DNA of 64,000 nt, taken from contig JAGVNL010000026.1 in assembly GCA_020053275.1 (NCBI GenBank), positions 6,416 through 70,415 on the forward strand, in the 5' to 3' direction. Of the stretch, positions 37,079 to 46,086 are shown piece after piece. Source of the DNA: a bacterium (lineage in GTDB: Bacteria; Patescibacteriota; Patescibacteriia; UBA9934). Position numbers and translations under genes: made by a program. Positions within the stretch are counted from its first letter, which is position 1. Each line of letters starts with the position of its first letter. The notes beneath the pieces are model-generated. The model was not told where the DNA came from. It made no database searches and saw only the letters and a list, made by a program, of their open reading frames with translations.

Positions 37079-38233
37079 ATGAGCCAGTTCCCTACTCTCC
37101 GTACCAACCTTTGTCCCAACCCCGACCTCTGCGGCAGCTGCGGCTGGTCACATATTCCCTACGACAAACAGCTCCAACAAAAAATGTCGGACATTAACGG
37201 CAGCTTTGCGATCAAAAAATTACGCTACCAGGTCGAGGAAATTATTGGCGCTAACCAAACCGAACACTACCGCAACCGCATGGACTTCGTAATTGACTTC
37301 CAAGGTAAAGTTGGCCTACGCGAAAAAGGTAAATGGTGGAGCGTGATTGACGACCACACCTGCTTCCTGGGCGACGAGAAAATCGAAGAGCTCTTCCACA
37401 CTACCCGTACCTGGAGCAAAACCGCCGGCCTCACCTTCTTTGACCGCAAAGCCCATACCGGCCTACTCCGTTACGCCGTCATTCGTGCCACGAGCACTGG
37501 CGAAAGCATGATTACCATCGTGACTAGTGCGCCAACAGACGAAATCGAAAAAGCCGCCATCACCACAGCCCTACAGAATTTAGCCGAAGTCTCCAAGGCT
37601 ACCACCGTTGTTTGGTCAATCAATCACACTATTACTGATGTCAGTTTCGGCGACGAGCTCATTACCATCACGGGTGAGGGCGTAATCAACGAGGAAATCG
37701 GTGGTGTTAAGTATTGCATTTCACCTAATGCCTTCTTCCAAACAAACTCCCACATGGCCGCCGTGCTACTCGACACCGTCCGCGAGTTTGCTGGCGACCT
37801 AACAGATAAAACTCTACTCGACCTCTACTGCGGCACTGGTTTCTTTGGCCTAGCCCTCGCCTCCCATGCTAAAAAAACCATCGGCGTAGAACTTAACGCC
37901 GACGCCATCAAGGATGCCAAGGTCAACGCCGCCATAAATAAAGTCGAAATTGACTTCCACGATTTCGCCACAGAAAAGTTTGATTGGATGTCGCTCGGCG
38001 CCGATGTCGTAATTCTCGACCCACCTCGCAGCGGCATGCACGACAAAGCCCTGGCCGACATCATCGCCACTAAACCAGAACGCATCGTCTATATCTCCTG
38101 CAACTACAAAAACTTCGCCCGCGAGCTAGTACAACTGCAAACCTACTACACCATCGAATCCATGCGCGCCATTGATATGTTCCCCCACACTCCCCATGTA
38201 GAACTGGTCACCGCCCTTGTCCGTCGTCCATAA
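37079..38233 (+). CDS. rlmD: 23S rRNA m5U methyltransferase (RlmD/TrmA family)
   Basis: CGSC Fe-S cluster motif, YRNRM, AFFQTN, DLYCGTG, LDPPRSG, YISCN, DMFPHTPHVE. Confidence 0.88.
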   Translation: MSQFPTLRTNLCPNPDLCGSCGWSHIPYDKQLQQKMSDINGSFAIKKLRYQVEEIIGANQTEHYRNRMDFVIDFQGKVGLREKGKWWSVIDDHTCFLGDEKIEELFHTTRTWSKTAGLTFFDRKAHTGLLRYAVIRATSTGESMITIVTSAPTDEIEKAAITTALQNLAEVSKATTVVWSINHTITDVSFGDELITITGEGVINEEIGGVKYCISPNAFFQTNSHMAAVLLDTVREFAGDLTDKTLLDLYCGTGFFGLALASHAKKTIGVELNADAIKDAKVNAAINKVEIDFHDFATEKFDWMSLGADVVILDPPRSGMHDKALADIIATKPERIVYISCNYKNFARELVQLQTYYTIESMRAIDMFPHTPHVELVTALVRRP

Positions 38234-38296
38234 TCGTGCTACTCTCTCCCCTTATTTAATCGGCGCCGAGTAACCCTCGACGATCACCTAACCTCT

Positions 38297-39154
38297 ATGA
38301 AAAAGTCAGGATTCGTGTCAATCATCGGCCGCAGCAATGTCGGCAAATCAACCCTGCTCAACAGCTTAGTCGGCAGCAAGGTCTCCATCACCACGCCAAA
38401 GCCACAAACAACTCGTCGCCCAATCCAAGGTGTTATTACTTGCGACCAGGGTCAAGCAGTGCTCGTCGACACCCCAGGCTTCATGCAAAAAGCTCGCGAT
38501 CCACTAACCCAAAAATTAACCGGTTGGATTAAAGACGCTTTGCGCGATGTTGAACTGGTAATTTATGTAGTGGACCCTACTCGTCAGATTGGCGACGAAG
38601 AAAAAGCATCACAGCGCATGATTGAGCATGTCACCGTGCCAAAACTCCTCGTCATCAATAAAATGGACGACCCAACATTCCGTTACAATGTAGACTTCTA
38701 CCGCGACCTCGCCAAAAAGTTTGACGCTTATGTAGAGGTTTCTGCCCTCACTGGTAAAGATGTTAACCTAATCAAGCGCTGGATCTTCGACAACCTGCCA
38801 GAAGGCGAAGCACATTACCCAGACTTCCAGCTCACCAACCAAAGCAACAAAGAATGGCTGAGCGAACTCATTCGTGAAAAACTCTTCCTCCGTTTGCGTG
38901 AAGAATTGCCATATTCCACCCATGTCGAGGTTGAAGACATCAACGAACGCCAAAACGGTGTAGTCTATGTCAAAGCCACCGTTTTCACCTCTGCCGCTCG
39001 TTACAAACCGATGATCATCGGCGTTGGTGCGCGAGGCATAAAAGAAATAGGCCAAGCCACTCGCCGCGAACTCGAGGCCATCACCAACAAAAAATATTAT
39101 CTTGATCTCAATGTTGAGGTCGACGCCAGCTGGCTCAACCGTTTGGAAATATAA
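38297..39154 (+). CDS. era: GTPase Era
   Basis: GRSNVGKST, PQTTR, DTPG, NKMD, KH domain EELPYS. Confidence 0.97.
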   Translation: MKKSGFVSIIGRSNVGKSTLLNSLVGSKVSITTPKPQTTRRPIQGVITCDQGQAVLVDTPGFMQKARDPLTQKLTGWIKDALRDVELVIYVVDPTRQIGDEEKASQRMIEHVTVPKLLVINKMDDPTFRYNVDFYRDLAKKFDAYVEVSALTGKDVNLIKRWIFDNLPEGEAHYPDFQLTNQSNKEWLSELIREKLFLRLREELPYSTHVEVEDINERQNGVVYVKATVFTSAARYKPMIIGVGARGIKEIGQATRRELEAITNKKYYLDLNVEVDASWLNRLEI

Positions 39155-39200
39155 AAAAACATCTCCCGGAGGCAAGCAAGCCCTCCGGGAGATGTTTTTT
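39154..39200. terminator. Bidirectional intrinsic terminator
   Basis: aaaaaacatctcccggagg / cctccgggagatgtttttt between convergent genes. Confidence 0.9.
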
Positions 39201-39215
39201 GTTTTTGATTCAGAA

Positions 39216-39467
39216 TTAATCTTTTCTTACAATACCGACAATACCACCAAGCACTGCACCCAACACTGTACCAACAGTCATGGAACCGACTGAAAGATAG
39301 CTAACGGCTCCAGCGTAACTACCAGCGTCACCATACCTAGCAATCAAAGCCATAATGGCGCCGAGGACAATGCCCCCTACCAAGCCAAACAAGCTACCCA
39401 AGAAAGCGTGAGCCACTGTGCGGTAAAATGGGTCGCTGAAAGTGTTCAACTTCATGTTCAATTTCAT
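39216..39467 (-). CDS. Small two-TM glycine-zipper membrane protein
   Basis: GxxxG repeats in two hydrophobic helices. Confidence 0.65.
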   Translation of the reverse strand: MKLNMKLNTFSDPFYRTVAHAFLGSLFGLVGGIVLGAIMALIARYGDAGSYAGAVSYLSVGSMTVGTVLGAVLGGIVGIVRKD

Positions 39468-39476
39468 ACACGAAAA

Positions 39477-40376
39477 TTAATAACTAACTGAGTTAATTGT
39501 ATACCCTGCTAAGGATTTTACCAGACTCATAGAAGAAAGCATAGTAAACCCTAACGATAGCGGTTTTATTGACACCTTGAGGATGAGTGGATTCTCCGGA
39601 TTTGCCAAAACCACATAGTCGGCCAATTTACTGCTGGCCTTCACCGTTCGCACTTTTGTCGCTACTCCATTCACCAGCAACTCGTAACTCCCCCAATCCT
39701 CGGCCGCTGTCAGTTTTGTAATGTCAGTATTACTGGTAGAGTCACCGTCGGCCAGCTTACCTTGCAATTTGTCTAACGCCGATGTCACATTACTACCGAA
39801 ATTCAAAACATTTTGTAACGATGAATCAAACAATCCCAGCGCTATATGACTCTCGCGTTCAGTTACTAATTCATCATACTGTGCCTTAGAAAGCCATAGC
39901 AAACTATTCTGCTCTCCATTCACATCATAATCACCCGTTGGCCAATACGCTGGCAACAAAATCCGTTCCGCATTGCCAAGCGCGTCTGTAGTGATGGAAC
40001 CCTCAGTATCAATGTCCACATAAACTGGATCCGGTATCTTCGCGATCTGTCCAACTGGTACTTTTGACGCCGCTGCTCGTGCTGCCACAGACTCTACCGT
40101 TTCTTCTCGCGACTTCAGTGTCCATGATAGCTTAGTTGACAATCCAGTCTGCCAATCATCAATAACAATCTGCCGTTTACCATAAATAGGATCGCTTGGC
40201 GTAGTAATACCAAACCAATTTTGCCCAACTGTAATAGTCGACCCAGCCTTAAAATCTACCACCTCCGCTGTTTCAGCTGCGGGTGCTTCTTGCTGCCATG
40301 GCAAGCAGCCACTGCCAATCGTCAGCAGCAACGATCCAGTCAGCAGAAAAGAACTAACACGATTATAAATCTTCAT
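39477..40376 (-). CDS. Putative lipoprotein
   Basis: Lipobox-like LTIGSGC after a hydrophobic N-terminus. Confidence 0.7.
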   Translation of the reverse strand: MKIYNRVSSFLLTGSLLLTIGSGCLPWQQEAPAAETAEVVDFKAGSTITVGQNWFGITTPSDPIYGKRQIVIDDWQTGLSTKLSWTLKSREETVESVAARAAASKVPVGQIAKIPDPVYVDIDTEGSITTDALGNAERILLPAYWPTGDYDVNGEQNSLLWLSKAQYDELVTERESHIALGLFDSSLQNVLNFGSNVTSALDKLQGKLADGDSTSNTDITKLTAAEDWGSYELLVNGVATKVRTVKASSKLADYVVLANPENPLILKVSIKPLSLGFTMLSSMSLVKSLAGYTINSVSY

Positions 40377-40377
40377 A

Positions 40378-40638
40378 TTATTTTCCTAAAGCCCAAGCCT
40401 TCAACGCTTCATAATCTGCACTCCCACAAATGTTTTTCTTGCTTTCAGTATTGTAAAAAAACGGTACACCACCACATTCACCAGAATCACACTTTTCAAG
40501 GTTGGCGGCGTTCTGTTCATTATTCCAAACCTCAAATTTCTCTACACTGACACCTAACTCATTCTCCAACTGCTCGACGAGCGGCCTCATAGTGATACAA
40601 TGCGGACAAGTCTCCCCGTAAAATTCTTGCAAAGCCAT
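40378..40638 (-). CDS. Thioredoxin/glutaredoxin-like protein
   Basis: FYGETCPHC, CGGVPFF, ICG. Confidence 0.85.
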   Translation of the reverse strand: MALQEFYGETCPHCITMRPLVEQLENELGVSVEKFEVWNNEQNAANLEKCDSGECGGVPFFYNTESKKNICGSADYEALKAWALGK

Positions 40639-40679
40639 AACTATTTTAATAGTATTAAACCGATTATAGTTTATCACTT

Positions 40680-41309
40680 ATGACCAATCGTCGCACTATT
40701 ACTCTTATTGCCTGCATAGTATCACTAGCAACCCTGCTACTTGTTGGTAATCGATTAGGCTATTTCTGGGCTGGTGGTGATAGTGTTATTGAACCCGAAA
40801 CTACCGAGCTTATTGATGTCTTTGCTGCCACCAGTAACAGTCATGCCGCCGACACCCAGCTTACCACCTATCTCCCTGGAGAAATTATCTCGACGCCAGC
40901 CGACCAGTTCTTCGCCCTCCGCACCAACGGCCCTACCAACGCCCCAGTCTTTAATCTAGACATTAACTCACAATTAAAAATCGTGGAGACCGCTGGCGAC
41001 GATATTACCATCAACCTAATTACTGGTCGCTTAGTAGTCGACGGCCGGGTAACTGTTGTTGTCCGCGATACCACCATCAGCCTCGACGGTATTGCTACTC
41101 TAGTAAACTATAACTGGCTTGAAAAAATGGATGTCAGCGTGCTCTCAGGCACTGCCACAATTCATCAGGGCCAGTACTCCACCGTCGTCCGCGATAATCA
41201 TGCTGTGAGCCTAGACACGCTGCCGCCATTTAACGAAATCAAACCGACCTCGTTCAGTCTTGACGCAACTTCCGTAAAAGTCTTTTACGACTGGGCACTC
41301 GGGCGCTAA
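40680..41309 (+). CDS. Membrane-anchored hypothetical protein (FecR-like beta domain)
   Basis: N-terminal TM; LDINSQLKI...INLITGRL...VSVLSGTATI. Confidence 0.55.
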   Translation: MTNRRTITLIACIVSLATLLLVGNRLGYFWAGGDSVIEPETTELIDVFAATSNSHAADTQLTTYLPGEIISTPADQFFALRTNGPTNAPVFNLDINSQLKIVETAGDDITINLITGRLVVDGRVTVVVRDTTISLDGIATLVNYNWLEKMDVSVLSGTATIHQGQYSTVVRDNHAVSLDTLPPFNEIKPTSFSLDATSVKVFYDWALGR

Positions 41310-42673
41310 AGCTCAAACGATTGACCAAGCTGAGGAACTGTAACATTAGTAATTCCTTGCGTTTTTAGAAAATCAGTAAAACGATTTTTAATATCAGTTT
41401 CCCCGTGCGTCAAAAAAATCTTCGGCACTGCACCATGCAACGGATGCATAAATTTTAACAACTTAGTTCTATCGCCATGTGCAGAGAATGATTCAATGTT
41501 ATGGATTGACGCCTTAACCGCAACCTTGTCATGAAAAATCTCAACCGTTTTAGCGCCATCCTGTATTTGCCTGCCCAATGCGTAAGCCGCCTGATAACCA
41601 ATGATCAGAATAGCCGACTTTACATCACCAAGATACCGCAACATATGGTGTAAAATACGCCCACCAGACATCATACCGTTACCAGCAATAATAATTTTCG
41701 GCTTGTGGTTCACATTAATTTCTAATGACTCCCGTTGCGTTAGCGTCTCATGCAAATTTGGAAAAGCAAAAAAGTCACCATCATTGCTGGCTGGATGATC
41801 AAACACTAAATACGCTTTGCAATCACGGTAAATCTCCGTCGCTCTAATGGCTAGCGGGCTATCAAGATAAATCGGCACCTCTGGTATCTTTTTCTCACTA
41901 AGTAAAATATCAAGTTCATACAATAACTCCTGCGTTCGCTCAATCGAGAAAGCTGGAATCATCAGCGTCCCTCCCCTGCCAATTACCGTATTAACTACCT
42001 CTGCTAATTTAGCCCCTCTTGTTGACACCTCTTCGTGCACTTTATCGCCATAAGTTGACTCGCAAATTAAAATATCTGCATGATCGAGCGGTTCAGTATC
42101 TGGCAAAATCGGCGTATTGTCATTGCCCAAGTCACCACTAAACACGATTCGTTCCAGTTTACCTGTCGCTGTCTCACTACCATCAATATCAAGCGTAATA
42201 TACGACGACCCCAAAATATGACCAGCGTCATGAAACATGGCGAGCACTCCCGGTGCCACTTGTACCTGCTCCCCATAACTCACACCCTTCATGTGACCCA
42301 TGCAAGCCACCACATCCGCCTCCTCGTACGGCACACCATGGCCACATTTCGCCGCCTGACTACGCATTACGCTAAGCGAATCCTCCAGCACGATATGCGC
42401 CAAACTCTTGGTTGGCGTGGTGGCATAAATAATTCCAGTAAACCCATCTCGTACTAACTTTGGTAAACGGCCAGTGTGGTCAAAATGCGCGTGCGTCACC
42501 AAGGCCACAGAAATTTCTGACGCCTCAAACGAAAAATCCTTCATGTTAGTTGTCGCACAAGCTGGCTCACCCTGAATGGCACCACAGTCAATCAATATAT
42601 TCGCCTTACTGGTTTGCAATAAAAAACAAGACCCAGTAACAGACTCGGTGGCGCCATAAAATGTGAGTTTCAT
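41306..42673 (-). CDS. MBL-fold beta-CASP ribonuclease
   Basis: VTGSC, THAHFDHTG, AGHILGS, FSGDLG, ESTYG, FSAHGD, HGE. Confidence 0.92.
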   Translation of the reverse strand: MKLTFYGATESVTGSCFLLQTSKANILIDCGAIQGEPACATTNMKDFSFEASEISVALVTHAHFDHTGRLPKLVRDGFTGIIYATTPTKSLAHIVLEDSLSVMRSQAAKCGHGVPYEEADVVACMGHMKGVSYGEQVQVAPGVLAMFHDAGHILGSSYITLDIDGSETATGKLERIVFSGDLGNDNTPILPDTEPLDHADILICESTYGDKVHEEVSTRGAKLAEVVNTVIGRGGTLMIPAFSIERTQELLYELDILLSEKKIPEVPIYLDSPLAIRATEIYRDCKAYLVFDHPASNDGDFFAFPNLHETLTQRESLEINVNHKPKIIIAGNGMMSGGRILHHMLRYLGDVKSAILIIGYQAAYALGRQIQDGAKTVEIFHDKVAVKASIHNIESFSAHGDRTKLLKFMHPLHGAVPKIFLTHGETDIKNRFTDFLKTQGITNVTVPQLGQSFEL

Positions 42674-42682
42674 ACCAATCAA

Positions 42683-42892
42683 TTATTCTTTTGGAACACG
42701 AGCTACATATTCGTCAAACCTATCCTTCAAATGCGTCTCCTGCCCTTCAGTATTTTGATCTAAATCTAAGCCACCAATATCGATGTTATCATTTATTACA
42801 CTCTCAACTATCGAGTCATAACCCTCCTTATCCAAAACCATATCCAACTCTCCTCGTTCCACAATCTGCTCGAACAATTCATCTTCAGTCAT
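42683..42892 (-). CDS. Small acidic hypothetical protein
   Basis: 69-aa ORF, co-oriented with and adjacent to the nuclease gene. Confidence 0.6.
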   Translation of the reverse strand: MTEDELFEQIVERGELDMVLDKEGYDSIVESVINDNIDIGGLDLDQNTEGQETHLKDRFDEYVARVPKE

Positions 42893-42952
42893 AAGATATA
42901 ATCAATTATCGTAGCCTTAGTATAGCATGAGAGGCGGGGTAGACCGAACAGC

Positions 42953-42981
42953 TTGCCAGGAACGCTAAAATCTGCTATTAT
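42953..42981 (+). promoter_or_regulatory. Sigma-70 promoter of dus (probably leaderless)
   Basis: TTGCCA-17 bp-TATTAT with extended -10 TG; ATG 8 nt downstream. Confidence 0.65.
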
Positions 42982-42989
42982 TCTCGCTT

Positions 42990-44120
42990 ATGTCAGCCCT
43001 TAATTGGTCATCAATTCCTCGTCCGATTATCGCCCTCTCACCGATGGCAGACATGACCGACTCCGCCTTTTGTCAGGTTGTAAAAGAAGTAACAGATAAT
43101 CAGCGCTTCGAACTAGAGGCTTCGTCACAGCGGGTGGCGACGAGCAGGTGCCCTGCGGGTCGCGCCGTTGCAGCCTCTGCAACTAGCGACTCGGAGGGTG
43201 CGAGTCAGACAGGACCCGCTGCAACCAAAAAGAGATCCAATGAGCTCATTGTTTTCAGAGAAATGGTTTCGGCGGAAGCTGTTGTACGCGGCAATAACAA
43301 AACTTTAGAAATGACGGCAATCAACGACGCCGAACGGCCGCTCGTACAACAACTCTTTGGTAGCGATCCGGTATCCATGGCCAACGCTGCAAAAATGATT
43401 GAAGCAGAACATCACCCTGAGGGCTTTGGCATCAACATGGGTTGCCCAGTTTACAAAATCGTGCACAATTTTAATGGTGCTGCACTAATGCAGAATATGG
43501 AACTAGCGAGCAACATCGTTCGTGCCGTGAAGGCGGCCATCACCGTCCCCTTGTCTGTAAAAATCCGTCTTGGTTGGAGCAATCCAAACGACTGCGTCGC
43601 CTTTGCGCAAGCTTTGGAAGCCGCCGGTGCCGACTTGATCACCGTTCATGGTCGTACTAAAGTACAGGGTTATGGCGGCGTAGCGGACTGGCGCCAAGTC
43701 GGCGAGGTAAAAAAAGCTGTCAGCATTCCAGTCCTCGTCAACGGCGACATTCACACCGCAGAAAAAGTGGTTGAGGCACTTGCGCAAAGTAACGCCGACG
43801 GTGTCCTTATAGCTCGTGGTGCGCTCGGCAACCCCTGGATTTTCTCCCAGATAAACGAGGTGTTAGCTGGCCTGCCAATCACCCAAGTAACTATCAGTGA
43901 ACGACTGCGCGTCGTCCGTCGCCATCTCGATTTACACCTTGAACAATACGGCGAATCGTCAGTTCCAACATTCCGCAAACATCTCTCATGGTACTTTAAG
44001 GGCCAGCCTCACATGAAGGACTATAAACAAAGTATGATGACGGCCTCGACCAAGGTTGAACTGACAGCTATACTTGACGCATTCCTCGCCGCACATAACA
44101 CTACCAAAACTATTATATGA
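42990..44120 (+). CDS. dusB: tRNA-dihydrouridine synthase (DusB-like) with a ~45-50 aa in-frame insert
   Basis: LSPMADMTD, EMVS, QLFGSD, INMGCP, SVKIRLG, TVHGRT, NGDI, ARGALGNPW. Confidence 0.9.
   Translation: MSALNWSSIPRPIIALSPMADMTDSAFCQVVKEVTDNQRFELEASSQRVATSRCPAGRAVAASATSDSEGASQTGPAATKKRSNELIVFREMVSAEAVVRGNNKTLEMTAINDAERPLVQQLFGSDPVSMANAAKMIEAEHHPEGFGINMGCPVYKIVHNFNGAALMQNMELASNIVRAVKAAITVPLSVKIRLGWSNPNDCVAFAQALEAAGADLITVHGRTKVQGYGGVADWRQVGEVKKAVSIPVLVNGDIHTAEKVVEALAQSNADGVLIARGALGNPWIFSQINEVLAGLPITQVTISERLRVVRRHLDLHLEQYGESSVPTFRKHLSWYFKGQPHMKDYKQSMMTASTKVELTAILDAFLAAHNTTKTII
43128..43221. repeat. Cloverleaf-forming palindromic element inside dusB
   Basis: Closing stem cagcgggt/acccgctg enclosing three hairpins. 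Confidence 0.8.
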
Positions 44121-45061
44121 AGATCGGTATCCTCACATTCAGCAAAACAAAAAAAGCCTTAGCGGTTGGTACGCTTAGTATTGCCAAAGAAGCAAAAAAA
44201 CGGGGCCACGAAGTCACCTTCCTGTACAGCAATAATGTTGGTCTCGTTTTTGGCAACGGTAAACGCATTTCCTACGAAGGCCAAAACATCACACCAGCCG
44301 ACTTTGCAGTAATTCTTGTTCGTCCCGGCTTTACCGGCGACCCTAGTATTAACGCTAGCATCATTAAGCAGTTTCAACTCGCAGGATTTTTTGTAATAAA
44401 TAATTACCTAGCAGTCTTCCGTGCCAAAAACAAAATTCGTACCATGCAGATGCTCGACTACTTCGGCGTGCCTGTACCAAAAACACTGGTCGTAGCTAAT
44501 CCAGCACAAATCGCAGCTGCTGCTGCCGAGTTTACCTTCCCAGTTATTATCAAAACAATTTTTGGCACACACGGCACCGGCGTCTTCATTGCAGAAAGCA
44601 TGCGTTCACTTTCCCCAATCGTCGACTACCTAACTAAAAAAGAACGAGGTCCAATCAAACTCCAAGAATATATTGCCGAAGCTCAAGGCAAAGACATCCG
44701 CGCCTTCGTCTGCGGTAAAAAAATTGTCGCCGCCATGGAACGCGTTGCCAAGGACGGCGAGTTCCGCGCCAACTTTCACAAAGGTGGTAGTGTTGGCAGC
44801 GTCATCCTAACAAAGCTCGAGCAACAGCTCGCCATTAAAGCTTCCCTAATTCTCGGCCTAGACATTTCTGGCGTTGACATTCTGCGCACTAACTCTGGCC
44901 CAAAAATTATCGAAGTTAACAGCAACCCCGGCTTGGAAGGTATCAGCAAAGCAACTAATATCCCCGTCGCCGCCAAGGTGGTAGACTTCATCGAACACCG
45001 CGTCGCCACCGTCGGCCTCAAACGCGCCAAGCCACTACCGAAACGGAGGATGATTGAGTAA
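44117..45061 (+). CDS. RimK-family ATP-grasp ligase
   Basis: AKNKIRT, VPKT, GTHGTGV, QEYI, DIRAFV, FRAN, GVDIL, EVNSNPG. Confidence 0.9.
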   Translation: MKIGILTFSKTKKALAVGTLSIAKEAKKRGHEVTFLYSNNVGLVFGNGKRISYEGQNITPADFAVILVRPGFTGDPSINASIIKQFQLAGFFVINNYLAVFRAKNKIRTMQMLDYFGVPVPKTLVVANPAQIAAAAAEFTFPVIIKTIFGTHGTGVFIAESMRSLSPIVDYLTKKERGPIKLQEYIAEAQGKDIRAFVCGKKIVAAMERVAKDGEFRANFHKGGSVGSVILTKLEQQLAIKASLILGLDISGVDILRTNSGPKIIEVNSNPGLEGISKATNIPVAAKVVDFIEHRVATVGLKRAKPLPKRRMIE

Positions 45062-45090
45062 TTGACGCTAACCCCCCAAAATGTTATCTT
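45062..45090 (+). promoter_or_regulatory. Sigma-70 promoter of tRNA-Gln
   Basis: TTGACG-17 bp-TATCTT with extended -10 TG. Confidence 0.75.
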
Positions 45091-45112
45091 CCTCTCGCAA
45101 TACATAGATTCA

Positions 45113-45186
45113 TCCGGGATCGTCTAGCGGCAGGACACCTCCCTCTGGAGGAGGGTACCGTGGTTCGAATCCACGTCCCGGAACCA
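45113..45186 (+). tRNA. tRNA-Gln (CTG)
   Basis: Acceptor stem tccggga/tcccgga (U1-A72), anticodon arm cctcc-ctCTGga-ggagg, GTTCGAATC, CCA. Confidence 0.96.
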
Positions 45187-45217
45187 ACAAAAAATCAGCC
45201 TCTGGCTGGTTTTTTGT
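45187..45217 (+). terminator. Intrinsic terminator after tRNA-Gln
   Basis: acaaaaaatcagcc-tct-ggctggttttttgt. Confidence 0.85.
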
Positions 45218-45271
45218 CTACTATTAGACACTTATTGCGGATTTTACTAAAAAACCGTACTCTTTCGCTAT

Positions 45272-45730
45272 ATGGATCATAATACTTTTAAGGAATTAGA
45301 CGGCGGCAAAATCCGCGTCGCGATTGTTCGCGCGCGATTCAACGAGGAAATTACGCAAGGCTTATTAAACGGTGCTGTTGAGGCTCTACACCAGGCTGGC
45401 GTCACCGACGACAAAATTAAAGTTATCGAGGTTCCTGGCTCGTTTGAAATCATTCACGCCGCCAATGTTATCGCCAAGCAAAACACCTACAACGCAATTA
45501 TCTGCCTCGGTTGTATTATTCGCGGTTCTACCAAGCACGACGAGTACTTGGCAAGCGCCGTATACAGTGCGATGAAGGATATTATAATCGAACACAGCGT
45601 GCCAGTAATCGCCGCCGTACTAACTGTGAACGACAAGCAACAGGCGGTGGAGCGATCAAGCACTGGCCCCATGAACCGCGGCACCGAAGCTGCACTCGTG
45701 GCACTCGAAATGGCTAACCTCTCACTATGA
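45272..45730 (+). CDS. ribH: 6,7-dimethyl-8-ribityllumazine synthase
   Basis: IVRARFNEEIT, VPGSFEI, ICLGCIIRGST, NRGTEAA. Confidence 0.93.
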   Translation: MDHNTFKELDGGKIRVAIVRARFNEEITQGLLNGAVEALHQAGVTDDKIKVIEVPGSFEIIHAANVIAKQNTYNAIICLGCIIRGSTKHDEYLASAVYSAMKDIIIEHSVPVIAAVLTVNDKQQAVERSSTGPMNRGTEAALVALEMANLSL

Positions 45731-46086
45731 TAATCCGAGGTACAGTAACCGCTGGCTTAGGAATAGCCAGCAAAGTATTCGGCATACCAACTGCCAATCT
45801 TATTATCAACGAACCATTAAGTCTAAACTCTGGCGTCTACATTGGCCACACAAGCTTCAACGGTACTTCATATCCATCTATTATTTGCTATGGAATCGGA
45901 TCCACAAACAAATTCGAGGTACATTTACTTAATACAAATCTCAATCTATACGGAGAGACCTTAACTGTCGACATCGGTGAAAAAATAAGTGAGATAGTTG
46001 CCGAACCAGACCTAGAAAAGCTCAAAACAAAAATACTAGCAGATGTTGAAAAAGCTAAACAACATTTCCGCCAAATGCATCCGTAA
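45727..46086 (+). CDS. Stand-alone riboflavin kinase
   Basis: GTVTAG, FGIPTANL, GVY, EVHLL...LYGE; no FAD synthetase domain. Confidence 0.85.
   Translation: MIIRGTVTAGLGIASKVFGIPTANLIINEPLSLNSGVYIGHTSFNGTSYPSIICYGIGSTNKFEVHLLNTNLNLYGETLTVDIGEKISEIVAEPDLEKLKTKILADVEKAKQHFRQMHP

Noticed and set aside
43095-43246. dusB insert as a tRNA gene, group I/II intron or intein
   Set aside because: No TTCGA T-loop in the arm or D-loop GG, too short for a self-splicing intron, and no C...HN intein termini; the frame is simply open.
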